Part shown: positions 9,132 to 19,408 of the stretch, piece by piece
How the letters are laid out: every line of letters begins with the position of its first letter
Numbering within the stretch: position 1 is the first letter of the stretch
NCBI GenBank assembly: GCA_964430885.1
Contig: CAYSHM010000021.1
Coordinates: 1-53,811, forward strand
Source of the DNA: an uncultured archaeon
GTDB lineage: Archaea; Thermoplasmatota; Penumbrarchaeia; JASLWR01
DNA: 53,811 nt
Direction: 5' to 3'
Notes under the pieces: model-generated
Told to the model about the DNA's origin: nothing
The model's database searches: none
Seen by the model: only the letters and a program-made list of their open reading frames with translations
Made by a program: the position numbers and the translations under genes

Positions 9132-9929
9132 TCACAGCACCTCCTCGATGGTTTTGATTACCGCTCGATTTATTTCCTCCACTTTATCCCTGGACCTTTC
9201 AGCGAAATCTGGCCCTGGAGAAGCATATATTACGGACCTGGATGCGTTCAAAAGGAATTTATCATCACCAATGGCCCTTACAGAATCCTCCAGATCTCCG
9301 CCTTGCGCACCGATACCGGGTACCAGCATCAGTGAATCCTTTATACCTTCCGAAATATCCTGCAGATATTCCAGCTTTGTAGCCCCCGCCACAGCTCCGC
9401 AGTTCGGATGTAGGGATATCTGTTCACTGATCTCTCTGTACAGTGGTCTTTCTCCACCAAATAAAAAGAACTGCTCGCTATCCGGGTTTGAAGTGAAGTT
9501 CAGTATGAACATATAGTTATTCTCGTAGACAAAGAATTCCTTTAGTGCACCAAAACCTAATAGAGGATTCAAGGTCGTGGCATGTGCACCATAATATTCG
9601 AATATCTCCTTGGCCAAAGCTCTGTTGGTACTGCCGATATCTCCCCTCTTCGCATCCAAAATCAATATTGCTCCTATATCAATTATCTTCCTGCAAATAA
9701 TTTCCAGCTGCTCCAGCCCTGAAGGCCCGTACTGACCGAAAAATGCAATATTGGGTTTATACCCCAGGACCGCATCATGGGTCATAAGAATAATTCTTTC
9801 GAAGAATACGGATATCAAGTCCACCTGGCGGAATTCTTCCGGTAACCGTTCCAGTACTGGATCCAGACCCACAATCAATCTGGACCCCGTCTCTTCCTTT
9901 CTGCTGTTATAGAGATCAATGAATTTCAT
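9132..9929 (-). CDS. pyrF: Orotidine-5'-phosphate decarboxylase (subfamily 2)
   Basis: VGLDP, YKPNIAFF, catalytic DAKRGDIGST, TSNP, LVPGIGAQGG, NASRSVIYA. Confidence 0.95.
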   Translation of the reverse strand: MKFIDLYNSRKEETGSRLIVGLDPVLERLPEEFRQVDLISVFFERIILMTHDAVLGYKPNIAFFGQYGPSGLEQLEIICRKIIDIGAILILDAKRGDIGSTNRALAKEIFEYYGAHATTLNPLLGFGALKEFFVYENNYMFILNFTSNPDSEQFFLFGGERPLYREISEQISLHPNCGAVAGATKLEYLQDISEGIKDSLMLVPGIGAQGGDLEDSVRAIGDDKFLLNASRSVIYASPGPDFAERSRDKVEEINRAVIKTIEEVL

Positions 9930-10840
9930 ATTAGCTCACCGCGTATTTTGTCCAAAGTAATGCTCCGATTTATTAGATATTTTTTCAGGTCGGCAACGAT
10001 CTTTTCCACAAGGTAAGGTTCCTTGAACAAAGCACTCCCCAGAGCAATGAGATCCGCACCCACCAATATATATTCAAGTGCCGACAGATAATCACATATT
10101 CCCCCATGGGCAATCACCGGAATATCAAACTTCATTTTAATATCCCTTACCATTTTTACACCCACAGGTCTTATGGCCGGACCGGAAAGACCGCCAGTTA
10201 TATTTCCCAGAATATATCTTCTATTAACGGGATCAACCTTAATTCCTGTCAAAGTGTTTATCAAAGAAAGGGCATCGGCACCACCTTCTACTGCCTTGCC
10301 AGCGATAATGGATATATCTGTGACATTGGGGGATAGTTTTGCGATCACCGGTTTTTCAACGGCTTCCTTCACCGCTCTAACCGCAGAATAGGTAGTTTCA
10401 GGGTCCTGGGCAAACTGCATTTCGGTATGTACATTGGGACATGAGAGATTCAGCTCTATAGCCTGAATATAATCAATTCCATCCAGTCTCACCGCCATCT
10501 CAGCCAAACCTTCGGGAGAATCCGATGCAATGCTCACCATCTTGAAAATGTCCTTATTCTCCAAAAAGGACAGTTCCCGGTCTATAAAATATTCCAATCC
10601 CGAATTGGCCAGACCAATGGAGTTCAGCATTCCTGAAGGGGTCTCGCAGACCCTAGGTTGCGGATTGCCAACCCTGGGTTCCTTGGTTATGGTCTTGATG
10701 ATCAATCCCCCGGCACCCTCAAGACCAACCTGCTCATGGAACTCCCTGCCGTATCCTGCTACACCAGAAGCTAGTAAAAAGGGATTTCTTAACTCAAATC
10801 CAAGGAATTCAGTTTTTAGAATACCATCTTTTCTAATCAT
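9926..10840 (-). CDS. pyrD: Dihydroorotate dehydrogenase class 1B, catalytic subunit
   Basis: NPFLLASG, GNPQPR, NSIGLAN, ELNLSCPN, KLSPNVTDI, INTL, GGLSGPAIRP. Confidence 0.95.
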   Translation of the reverse strand: MIRKDGILKTEFLGFELRNPFLLASGVAGYGREFHEQVGLEGAGGLIIKTITKEPRVGNPQPRVCETPSGMLNSIGLANSGLEYFIDRELSFLENKDIFKMVSIASDSPEGLAEMAVRLDGIDYIQAIELNLSCPNVHTEMQFAQDPETTYSAVRAVKEAVEKPVIAKLSPNVTDISIIAGKAVEGGADALSLINTLTGIKVDPVNRRYILGNITGGLSGPAIRPVGVKMVRDIKMKFDIPVIAHGGICDYLSALEYILVGADLIALGSALFKEPYLVEKIVADLKKYLINRSITLDKIRGELI

Positions 10841-11763
10841 TGGAACAACACCTTTTCCCCTCTACTTATAGAAAAAACGGGACCTTCTCTGCATGCCAGC
10901 ATTTGCCTTTTTTTCCCGTTCTGTTCGAACTTCACACCACATGCTAAACACAATCCTCTGCCGCAGGCCATGTATCTCTCCAATATCAGCTGACCGGTTA
11001 TATCCTGGCTTAGTATCAGATCCTGGACCTTTCTCAGCATCGGCTCAGGACCGCAGGATATTATCTCATGGGGTGCATTGGACGAATCCAATTGAGCAAT
11101 ATACCGGTCTAAAACAGTTTCAGAACCCATATCAAACGGCACATTGTGCAGCTTTACACCTATCCTTTCACATAGGTCCACTAATCCTATGGAATCGGAT
11201 AGTTTTTCCAGATAGGATATACTTAAACCCCCGAAGAAAAGGCCCATCTCACTTTTTGGGTTAAAAAACGACTTATCTTCCAGAATCCTGAGATAATGAT
11301 AGATCGGAACTATACCCATACCTCCAGCAATAAGGTCAATACGAGTACATTGGTTCCGAGGTCTTCTTTCAATGTTCTTACCATTGCTGTAATCACCCTC
11401 TTGCCTGCAGATGTCCTTAATCAATGACAGGTCAATTGATTTTCCGTAAGGGCCCTTGATCCTCATTTCCGAACCCAATGGAAGTTCTTTTATCCTGGCG
11501 GTCCCCCTGCCTTTGACCTGCACCAGCAATTCCATCGTTCCTTCTGAAAAATCCAGGACCGATAAAGGTCTGTCCAGGAAGAAATCATCACCTATATCCA
11601 TCATAATGAACTGACCTGGATTAGGACAGTTCCATTCACCTCCCATAACACAACCATTTGAAACCGAAGGCATGTCCAATACCAGATGAACATAATCAAT
11701 ACCATTAGAGAAAAAATTCGTCCTGAAACTGAGTTTCCCTATTGTCTCCAGATCAGTTCTCAT
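10837..11763 (-). CDS. pyrK: Dihydroorotate dehydrogenase electron-transfer subunit
   Basis: PGQFIM, RPLS, GPYG, IAGGMGIVP, SCGPEPML, MACGRGLCLAC...ACREGPVF 2Fe-2S motif. Confidence 0.92.
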   Translation of the reverse strand: MRTDLETIGKLSFRTNFFSNGIDYVHLVLDMPSVSNGCVMGGEWNCPNPGQFIMMDIGDDFFLDRPLSVLDFSEGTMELLVQVKGRGTARIKELPLGSEMRIKGPYGKSIDLSLIKDICRQEGDYSNGKNIERRPRNQCTRIDLIAGGMGIVPIYHYLRILEDKSFFNPKSEMGLFFGGLSISYLEKLSDSIGLVDLCERIGVKLHNVPFDMGSETVLDRYIAQLDSSNAPHEIISCGPEPMLRKVQDLILSQDITGQLILERYMACGRGLCLACGVKFEQNGKKRQMLACREGPVFSISRGEKVLFQ

Positions 11764-13213
11764 GGGAATAATACCTCCTGTAGGGCCTGCCGTTCTTTAT
11801 CACCATTCTAATCCTCCCGGCAAATCGGCGGCCAATGAAAGGATTGTTCTTACCCTTTGATAATATATCCTCTTTATCTAGAACAAAATCGCCCTTCTCC
11901 ACCACCATGAATGAGGCATTACTGCCCTCTGAAATAAGCTCCGGAGGAACTGAGAGCAGTTTGGAAGGATTTAGCGATGTAAGGCGGTTGAAATCATCCA
12001 TACTGATCAGACCGGGTACTAACAGATTGGAATATATGTTCAGGAAAAAAGAATCGAATCCAGAAAAACCGAAGGCGGCTTCAGGAATTGAGACAATCTT
12101 CTCTTCTTCAGCATGGGGTGCATGGTCAGTGGCCATCATATCAATTTTCCCTTCAAGAAGGGACTTTAGAAGATATTTCCTTGTAGCCTCGGTCCTCAAG
12201 GGGGGATTGACCTTGAACCATCCATTGATGTAATCCACATCCTTTATGGAAAGGAAAATATGATGAGGAGTGACCTCGCAAGTCAGCTTCTGTCCGAGTT
12301 TTTTGGCCTTTTCTATAAGCTCGATGCCTCTAATTGAAGACACATGGCAGATATGCAGTCTGCACCCGATTTCCCCGGCTATCCGAACATTGCGTTCAAT
12401 AATAGCAGCCTCATCCTCCTCGGAAAGACAAGGATATCCCATGCATTCCATCTCATGGCTGGGTTCCATATGTCCTCTAACCCCTGGTCTCTCGCAATGG
12501 CTCATCACTACCAAATCCAGCTCCTTTGCCTTTTGAAAAACACGCCTCAAGATCATTCCATCCTCTATTGTACATCCATCATCGCTTATCGCCCTGACAA
12601 GGCTTCCATATTCTTCAAGAGGTGCTAACTCACATCCCTTATGACTTAGGGTTGCTGCGGCATTGACATTGACATCGCATAGACCCAGTTTCCGGGCCTT
12701 GGCATATAGGTAATTGATTGTATCGGGATGGTGAATTACAGGCGCGGTATTGGACATCATTGCTATTCTGGATATGCCGTTCAGAAGGGCGGCCTTTAAA
12801 CCTGTCTCAAGGCCTTCCTTGTATTCCTGACCCGGTTCCCTGATATGAGTATGAACATCTATCATCATGGGGAATATCTCTCTACCGCCGAGATCAATGG
12901 TTCGGATATTATCGGGCCCATCCGTTTTGCTGCATACGATTTCTGGAAAATATGAACTATTTTGTAAGGTTTCCCCATCGATAGAAGGTATGATTTTAAA
13001 GATGGTGCCCTCTCTGACATAAACATCAATTAATTGGCCATCATATCTGCAGTTCTTGAATAAGCTGAAATCATCCATCGGCCTATCAAGTTCATAAAAG
13101 TCTCTGCTATTGTTCATCGTGACCATGAACCTCAAAAATATGTAAAGTTCCGCTTTTATTAAATATAATGGTTTCGTATTACCCGAAGCATTCAAAAAAG
13201 ATTGAAACTTCAT
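11753..13213 (-). CDS. pyrC: Dihydroorotase (class I, bacterial-type); probable start near 13117
   Basis: DVHTHIREPG, SDDG, HICHVSS, EVTPHH, KVNPPLR, ATDHAPH, SKGKNNPF. Confidence 0.93.
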   Translation of the reverse strand: MKFQSFLNASGNTKPLYLIKAELYIFLRFMVTMNNSRDFYELDRPMDDFSLFKNCRYDGQLIDVYVREGTIFKIIPSIDGETLQNSSYFPEIVCSKTDGPDNIRTIDLGGREIFPMMIDVHTHIREPGQEYKEGLETGLKAALLNGISRIAMMSNTAPVIHHPDTINYLYAKARKLGLCDVNVNAAATLSHKGCELAPLEEYGSLVRAISDDGCTIEDGMILRRVFQKAKELDLVVMSHCERPGVRGHMEPSHEMECMGYPCLSEEDEAAIIERNVRIAGEIGCRLHICHVSSIRGIELIEKAKKLGQKLTCEVTPHHIFLSIKDVDYINGWFKVNPPLRTEATRKYLLKSLLEGKIDMMATDHAPHAEEEKIVSIPEAAFGFSGFDSFFLNIYSNLLVPGLISMDDFNRLTSLNPSKLLSVPPELISEGSNASFMVVEKGDFVLDKEDILSKGKNNPFIGRRFAGRIRMVIKNGRPYRRYYSHEN

Positions 13214-13295
13214 TTTAAATGGTAGGTTTTTATACCATTGGGGTATTAACTACCAGAAATTTCACTAATTATGTTATATTTCAAGAGGAATAAAT

Positions 13296-14015
13296 ATGGG
13301 GCGAAAAAAGAAAGTGAACAGAGCCCAAATGAGGAAGGCGAAGAGCAAATGGAAAGCTAAAAGCTGGTACATGGTCTACGCACCTGAACTATTTGGCAAG
13401 GCGGAAATAGGTCAATGTCTGGCAAGAGAACCCGAAACATTGATCGGCAGGAACCTGGAACCTACTTTGAACGATCTAAACGGGGATTTCTCCAAGTCAC
13501 ACATCAAACCAAAATTCAAGATCACCGATGTTTCTGGCAATCAGGCCTTTACAATGTTCATAGGTCACAGACTAACCAGCGATTATACCCGCAGATTGAC
13601 ATACCGCCGATCCTCTAAGATCGATGGCATTTTCAATGTTACAAACAAGGACGGCTGTCAGATGAGGGTGAAATTGGTAGCTACCACAAGAAACAGGATA
13701 CAGACATCTCAGAAGAAAGCCCTTAGGCAGATCATGGAAGAAATCATAATGAAAAAGGCGAAGAAAAGCATATCCAGTGACTTCATCAAGGACATGCTTG
13801 ACGGCAACCTTTCCAAGGATATTTTCTATGCCTGCAAAAAACTTTATCCACTTAAAAGGATCGAATTCAGAAGATCCGAACTTGTTAAGAGTCCTACCAG
13901 CACACCTGACGAAGGCATTGATCTCGACGAGGAGGAGACGGAGACTGCAGAACCTGCCGCCGAGGTTGAGAAAATGGTCGAAACCAGTGACGAATCAAAA
14001 GCTGCTGAGGAATAG
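13296..14015 (+). CDS. rps3ae: 30S ribosomal protein S3Ae (eS1)
   Basis: KWKAKSWYMVYAPELFG, IGRNLEPTLNDLNGDFSK, RRSSKID, YPLKRIEFRRSE; acidic tail. Confidence 0.95.
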   Translation: MGRKKKVNRAQMRKAKSKWKAKSWYMVYAPELFGKAEIGQCLAREPETLIGRNLEPTLNDLNGDFSKSHIKPKFKITDVSGNQAFTMFIGHRLTSDYTRRLTYRRSSKIDGIFNVTNKDGCQMRVKLVATTRNRIQTSQKKALRQIMEEIIMKKAKKSISSDFIKDMLDGNLSKDIFYACKKLYPLKRIEFRRSELVKSPTSTPDEGIDLDEEETETAEPAAEVEKMVETSDESKAAEE

Positions 14016-14232
14016 ATATTTCGGCTTGTATCATTAGCAATATCGCAATCAACAAAATGAAATGAATGTATCAAATACAATACCCATTCCCTGATCCACT
14101 CATTACTACTTCCACCCTTGAACTATCAATATTTGGGACTAAAAATTTTACCGATTTTGGTTATATTGTCCGTGAGCTTATTTACACATAAGTTCATTTT
14201 GAATTCCGCACCCTCTGGAAGGTGATAACTGT

Positions 14233-15126
14233 ATGGACCAGGAGACCCTTAAAAAGTACAGGATCGCAGGAAGGACCGCCGGGAAAGCGCTCCAATACGG
14301 TCTTGATCTGATCCAGGAGGGGGAATCATTCATATCTGTGGCAGATGGTGTGGAGAAAAAAATCCGGGAATTGGGTGCTGAGGTAGCTTTCCCCACCAAC
14401 ATCGCAGTGGACAATCAAGCTGCTCATTATACCCCTGTCCTGAACGATGAACTTGTTTTCAGGAGAGGTATGCTTGTGAAACTGGATGTAGGCGCCCATG
14501 TTGACGGCTTCATCGGTGATACCGCAGCCACCAAAGAGGTGGGCAGCAGCAAATACGGGATGCTCATTCAGGCCAGCAGAGAAGCCCTTAACAACGCTCT
14601 CGACATAATAAAGCCTGGAATAGAGCCCCAGACCCTGGGTACAATAATCGAGAACACCATCAGGTCCTTTGGTTATGAACCGATCTCAAATCTTACAGGA
14701 CACAGCCTAGAAAAGTATACTCTGCATGCCGGCACTAGCATTCCAAACGTCAACCGGAGGGAAGGAGGTCCCCTCAAGGTAGGAGATGTTGTAGCTATAG
14801 AACCTTTTGCAACTGACGGTGCGGGATTCGTGGATGAGAGAGAGAAGAGCAACATTTATATAATCAACCGCGACAGAAAGGCCGGTGAAGAAAAGGCCGA
14901 TCTCCTTAGAAATATGATCGTGGAGAAAAGAAAGGGGCTCCCTTTCTCTCAAAGATGGTGTGCTCAATATATTCCAGACCCAAGAAAAATCCTGAGGAAT
15001 CTGGAAAGAAAAAGGGTAATATCCTCCTATCCAATACTATATGATATTGATAATGGTAAGGTCTCACAGGCTGAACACAGCATTATTGTCACTGAAGACG
15101 GATGTGAGATACTGACCAAGATATGA
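14233..15126 (+). CDS. map: Methionine aminopeptidase type II
   Basis: AFPTNI, AAHYTP, KLDVGAHVDGFIGDTA, NLTGH, AIEPFAT, SQAEHS. Confidence 0.96.
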   Translation: MDQETLKKYRIAGRTAGKALQYGLDLIQEGESFISVADGVEKKIRELGAEVAFPTNIAVDNQAAHYTPVLNDELVFRRGMLVKLDVGAHVDGFIGDTAATKEVGSSKYGMLIQASREALNNALDIIKPGIEPQTLGTIIENTIRSFGYEPISNLTGHSLEKYTLHAGTSIPNVNRREGGPLKVGDVVAIEPFATDGAGFVDEREKSNIYIINRDRKAGEEKADLLRNMIVEKRKGLPFSQRWCAQYIPDPRKILRNLERKRVISSYPILYDIDNGKVSQAEHSIIVTEDGCEILTKI

Positions 15127-15186
15127 TGCTCGGCTCGGCCCTTCATCATTCCGCCAGAGGACGAGAAGAGTTGTCAGGTGAATTAA

Positions 15187-16506
15187 ATGGAAGAAATTAA
15201 AGAGAATGCAAAGACAAACTATGTTCCCATTGGTGAGATACTAGATGGAAAACACACTGATAAAGAGATCCATATTAGAGGATGGATATACAGGACAAGG
15301 AGCTCAGGCAGACTTGTATTCATCATGGTCAGGGATGAATCAGCAGAGATACAAGCCACTGTATTCAAGGGTTCAGTCACAAAAGATGAGTTCAAGGACG
15401 CAAAGAAAGCACTTGTGGAATCATCTCTTAAAATCAAGGGAACTGCAAAGGAAGATAAAAGAGCCCCTGGCGGATATGAACTGCAGGTTAGCAGAGTAGA
15501 GATCGTTCATTATGCAGATGTATTTCCAATAACCAAGGACCAGGGTGAAACCTTCCTTCTTGACAATAGGCATTTGTGGCTCCGTTCAAGCAGGATGAAG
15601 AACATTATGAAGATAAAGAACACGATGCTGCTCTCTGCTTACGAATACTTTGAGAATAACGGATTCTATCAGGTCACACCTCCTATAATAACTACAAACG
15701 CCTGTGAGGGCGGGACAACCCTGTTCAAGTTCAAATATTTTGAAAACGACGCTTTTCTTTCTCAGAGCGCACAGATGTATCTGGAGGCCGCATCCTTCAC
15801 ACTGGAAAGGGTCTATGCTCTGACACCGTCCTTTAGAGCCGAGAAGAGCAGGACCAGCAGACATTTGGCAGAATATTGGCATCTTGAGGCAGAGGAAGCA
15901 TGGGTCGAGAACATGGAGAACATGAAGATCCAGGAGGAATTGGTCGCTCATATGGTTCAGAGGATAGCAAATGACTGCCAGGATGAACTGAAGGGTTTGG
16001 GCAGAGATGTTGACGTTCTTAGAAAGGTCAAAGCTCCTTTCGAAAAGATCACCTATGACAAGGCCGTGGATATTTTAGAAGAGAAATTTGATATCCAGTG
16101 GGGACAGGATCTGGGGACAATGGAGGAAAAATATCTGACGGAGGAGCTCGATTCACCCTTATTTGTCTATAACTATCCCAAGGAATGCAAGGCATTCTAC
16201 ATGAAGGAGAATCCTGAGGACCCTTCCACTTATCTCTGTGCTGATCTCTTGGCCCCTGAGGGTTACGGAGAGATCATAGGAGGGAGCGAAAGAGAAACTG
16301 ATAACGAGCTTATCTTAGCCCGACTGAAAGAGGAAGAGGCGAACCTCGAGGATTATCAGTGGTACTTGGACCTCCGAAAATACGGATCGGTTCCTCATTC
16401 CGGTTTTGGTCTGGGAATGGAGAGAGTCATGAGATGGGTCTGTGGGGTTGAAAAGATCTGGGACACAACCCTGTTCCCAAGGACCAGACGTAGATATTAT
16501 CCTTGA
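15187..16506 (+). CDS. asnS: Asparagine--tRNA ligase
   Basis: OB-fold RGWIYRTRSSG, motif 2 FRAEKSRTSRHLAEYW, GEIIGGSERE, YGSVPHSGFGLGMER. Confidence 0.93.
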   Translation: MEEIKENAKTNYVPIGEILDGKHTDKEIHIRGWIYRTRSSGRLVFIMVRDESAEIQATVFKGSVTKDEFKDAKKALVESSLKIKGTAKEDKRAPGGYELQVSRVEIVHYADVFPITKDQGETFLLDNRHLWLRSSRMKNIMKIKNTMLLSAYEYFENNGFYQVTPPIITTNACEGGTTLFKFKYFENDAFLSQSAQMYLEAASFTLERVYALTPSFRAEKSRTSRHLAEYWHLEAEEAWVENMENMKIQEELVAHMVQRIANDCQDELKGLGRDVDVLRKVKAPFEKITYDKAVDILEEKFDIQWGQDLGTMEEKYLTEELDSPLFVYNYPKECKAFYMKENPEDPSTYLCADLLAPEGYGEIIGGSERETDNELILARLKEEEANLEDYQWYLDLRKYGSVPHSGFGLGMERVMRWVCGVEKIWDTTLFPRTRRRYYP

Positions 16507-16834
16507 TTTAACTTTTCATCAATATTATAATTAATTTAGAAGTAATTCACCTGTGTCTGAGAAGCATAACAGTTCCAATTAAAGAGTAATTGAGGCTGAT
16601 AATTATGCTATAGGCGGGTGAATTTTTTTAATTTTTCGCATGTCATCTATTAAATGAAAAACAGGAAAAAATCAAACATATTCTGTTTCCGGCCACTCTT
16701 TTTTCCTTGGATAGTGCTAAGGGCTAAATTTTTCATTTCATCTAAATTCCCCTGCAACAATATTAATATATTTTAATGACATTTAACCACAAATAGTTAC
16801 ATATAATTATATTTCATTAAATGATAGCAGTTAG

Positions 16835-17086
16835 GTGAATGATATGAACGAAAAAAAAGCAGTTAAGAAAAAATATACGACTGTATCAATACCGACGCCC
16901 TTGGCGGTCAAGATAAAAAATAGAATGGAAGGAACCGGTTTTACATCCGTGTCCAGCTATGTCACTTACGTATTAAGACAAGTTTTATCCTCCATTGAAA
17001 AAGAGGAGGAGAAGAAGGTAGTGTTCAATGATGAGGACGAGAAAAGGATTAAAGACCGGCTCAGGGCACTGGGTTATTTGGATTGA
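16835..17086 (+). CDS. Ribbon-helix-helix (CopG-like) regulator with C-terminal RLRALGYLD motif
   Basis: YTTVSIPTPL..KIK..GFTSVSSYVTYVLR RHH pattern; first gene of the sat cluster. Confidence 0.85.
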   Translation: MNDMNEKKAVKKKYTTVSIPTPLAVKIKNRMEGTGFTSVSSYVTYVLRQVLSSIEKEEEKKVVFNDEDEKRIKDRLRALGYLD

Positions 17087-17126
17087 ACTTTAACAATGAG
17101 AAATATTTACTATACAAGGTGAAAAA

Positions 17127-18275
17127 ATGATCGAAGCACACGGTGGAAAACTGATTGATAGAATAATGAGCAATGACAGAAAAGAACAGATCCTAAAAGA
17201 TCAGGAGAAATATTATTCCATAATAATTGAAGATGAGACAGTAAAGGACGTGGAGAACATTGCATACGGCACTTTTTCTCCCCTAACAGGATTCATGGAT
17301 AAGGATGATCTTGATAGTGTTGTAAACAACATGACCCTGGCCTCAGGAGTGGCCTGGACAATCCCTATTCTTCTTGATATCTCCAAGGAAAAAGCAAATA
17401 AGATCCATGAGGGGCAGTCAATTATCCTCAAGGATACCAACGGGACTCCCTCGGCAATTATGATGGTAAGAGAGAAGTTTAGCTATGATAGGGATAAGCT
17501 TAATGAAAGGGTCTTTCTCACCACAGATCCCGAACACCCGGGTGTTGCCAAAGTAAACTCGATGAAGCCTGTATTCCTAGGAGGAGACATAGAAATGATA
17601 CAGCCTCTGAACACCATGTTCGAGGAGTTCAACCTCAGGCCAAAGGAAACAAGGACCCTATTCAAAGAAAAAGGGTGGGATACTACTGTGGCTTTCCAGA
17701 CTAGGAATGCACCCCATAATGGTCATGAATATGTACAGAAGGCGGCATTGACCTTCACAGACGGACTTTTTATAAATCCGGTGATAGGAAAGAAAAAGGC
17801 AGGTGACTTTACTGATGAGGTAATCCTCAGCACCTATGATGCCCTTGTGGAAAACTACTATCCAAAAGATAGAGTGGTCCTTTCCATCCTTCCCTTCGAG
17901 ATGAGATATGCCGGACCCAGGGAAGCGATTTTTCACGCTATCATAAGGAAAAATTACGGCTGTACCCATATCATAATCGGCAGAGATCATGCCGGAGTCG
18001 GAGATTACTACGGACCTTTCGATGCACATAAGATATTCGATTCATTCCCCGATCTAGGTATTAAACCCTATTTCTTCAGGTCCTTTTTCTTCTGCAGCAA
18101 ATGCGCAAGCGTGGCCAATGACAATATTTGTCCCCACCAGGGAGAACATATCATCAATTTTGCAGGAAGAAGGATGAGAGAATTGCTCACCAATGGAGAG
18201 CGCCCGGATGCTCTGATGATGAGACCCGAGGTCGTTGATGAGATACTTAAAACTGAAAAACCCTTCGTTGAATAG
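17127..18275 (+). CDS. sat: Sulfate adenylyltransferase (ATP sulfurylase)
   Basis: HGGKLI, FSPLTGFM, AFQTRNAPHNGHE, MRYAGPREA, GRDHAGVG, Zn-binding CSKC..CPH. Confidence 0.96.
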   Translation: MIEAHGGKLIDRIMSNDRKEQILKDQEKYYSIIIEDETVKDVENIAYGTFSPLTGFMDKDDLDSVVNNMTLASGVAWTIPILLDISKEKANKIHEGQSIILKDTNGTPSAIMMVREKFSYDRDKLNERVFLTTDPEHPGVAKVNSMKPVFLGGDIEMIQPLNTMFEEFNLRPKETRTLFKEKGWDTTVAFQTRNAPHNGHEYVQKAALTFTDGLFINPVIGKKKAGDFTDEVILSTYDALVENYYPKDRVVLSILPFEMRYAGPREAIFHAIIRKNYGCTHIIIGRDHAGVGDYYGPFDAHKIFDSFPDLGIKPYFFRSFFFCSKCASVANDNICPHQGEHIINFAGRRMRELLTNGERPDALMMRPEVVDEILKTEKPFVE

Positions 18276-18347
18276 TAATATAAATGCAGCTATTCAACTG
18301 GATTTCATTTTTTCCGGGTCTAAATGAACTTGGAGGTGTATTAATCA

Positions 18348-19391
18348 ATGATAGATGAAAAGGGATTCATACGGCTTGTGGAGGGAAAAAGGGTATGCCT
18401 TATCCACCATTGGGATACGGATGGTATCGCCTCCGCGGCTATACTCATTAGGAAACTAAGGAATGCAGGAGCAAGGACTATAGAGACTGAACTTCCTCTT
18501 TTGGGGGAGTTTGAAATGGGCGATGATTGGATCGGAACGGCCATTAATAATCCGCCCGATTTTGTGATAACTGCAGACATATGCATAGCTCTTGATAATC
18601 TTTTAAGGATCAGAGATGAATTGAAAACTGAAATAATAATGTTCGATCATCACAGAAGATCACCTGTGGAGGAGGAAGGGATCTATTTCATCAATTACTG
18701 TTCACTGCGAAATGAGGAATGGCCCTCCAACACACTCGTTCTTCATGATTTCTTTCAGGAAGTTCCAAAGATATTGGTTTCCCTGGGAATTGTTGGGGAT
18801 AAGGGCAGGAACATTGAGAAATACGGGAATATCTGGCCTCAATTCAGGTATCATGCGGAAATATCAGGGATCAGCTTCCATATGCTCATGAGCTCGGTTG
18901 ACCTGCTGGATTCCTGCTATAAGAGCGGTAGAAGCAATGATGTTAAGAAATGGCCCTGGAAGCTTGCGGAATGCCAGGATAGGTTCATTATTGACCAGAT
19001 ATTGAAGAATGAAAGTCTTAAGGAATTCATTAGGGAAATAGACCGGAAGATCGAAGACCTTTTCAAAAATGAATTGACGGAAAAGAAGGGATTGTACATC
19101 TGCTCTATTGATACGGATTATCATGTGATTTCAGCACTTACCAGAAAATTCTCAAACGCTAATCCTGATAAAGAAGTGATGGTTCTGAATACTGGTGTAT
19201 TCCCCACAAAGACCCAGCTATACCTGCGAAGCAAAAGGCTGGATGTAAGTCCCCTGATCTCACTCATACAGAATCTAGGGCAGTCAGCCGGCGGAAAGGT
19301 CGATGTTGTGGGGGCGATAATAGATAATGAGATTTTAGATAACGTGATTTCCGAAACAAGGGGTCAGTTGTCCATGTTGGAAAGGCAATAG
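18348..19391 (+). CDS. DHH-family phosphoesterase (candidate PAP phosphatase)
   Basis: HHWDTDGIASA, TAD, FDHHR, GIVGD, C-terminal SAGGK (DHHA1-like). Confidence 0.85.
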   Translation: MIDEKGFIRLVEGKRVCLIHHWDTDGIASAAILIRKLRNAGARTIETELPLLGEFEMGDDWIGTAINNPPDFVITADICIALDNLLRIRDELKTEIIMFDHHRRSPVEEEGIYFINYCSLRNEEWPSNTLVLHDFFQEVPKILVSLGIVGDKGRNIEKYGNIWPQFRYHAEISGISFHMLMSSVDLLDSCYKSGRSNDVKKWPWKLAECQDRFIIDQILKNESLKEFIREIDRKIEDLFKNELTEKKGLYICSIDTDYHVISALTRKFSNANPDKEVMVLNTGVFPTKTQLYLRSKRLDVSPLISLIQNLGQSAGGKVDVVGAIIDNEILDNVISETRGQLSMLERQ

Positions 19392-19408
19392 GAGCTAATT
19401 GATCAAAG

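Noticed and set aside
8066-14210. tRNA-Leu as the attachment site of an integrated element carrying the pyr operon
   Set aside because: No integrase, and only 6-8 nt matches to the tRNA 3' end (TTCCGC near 13148, TTCCGCAC near 14204), as expected by chance
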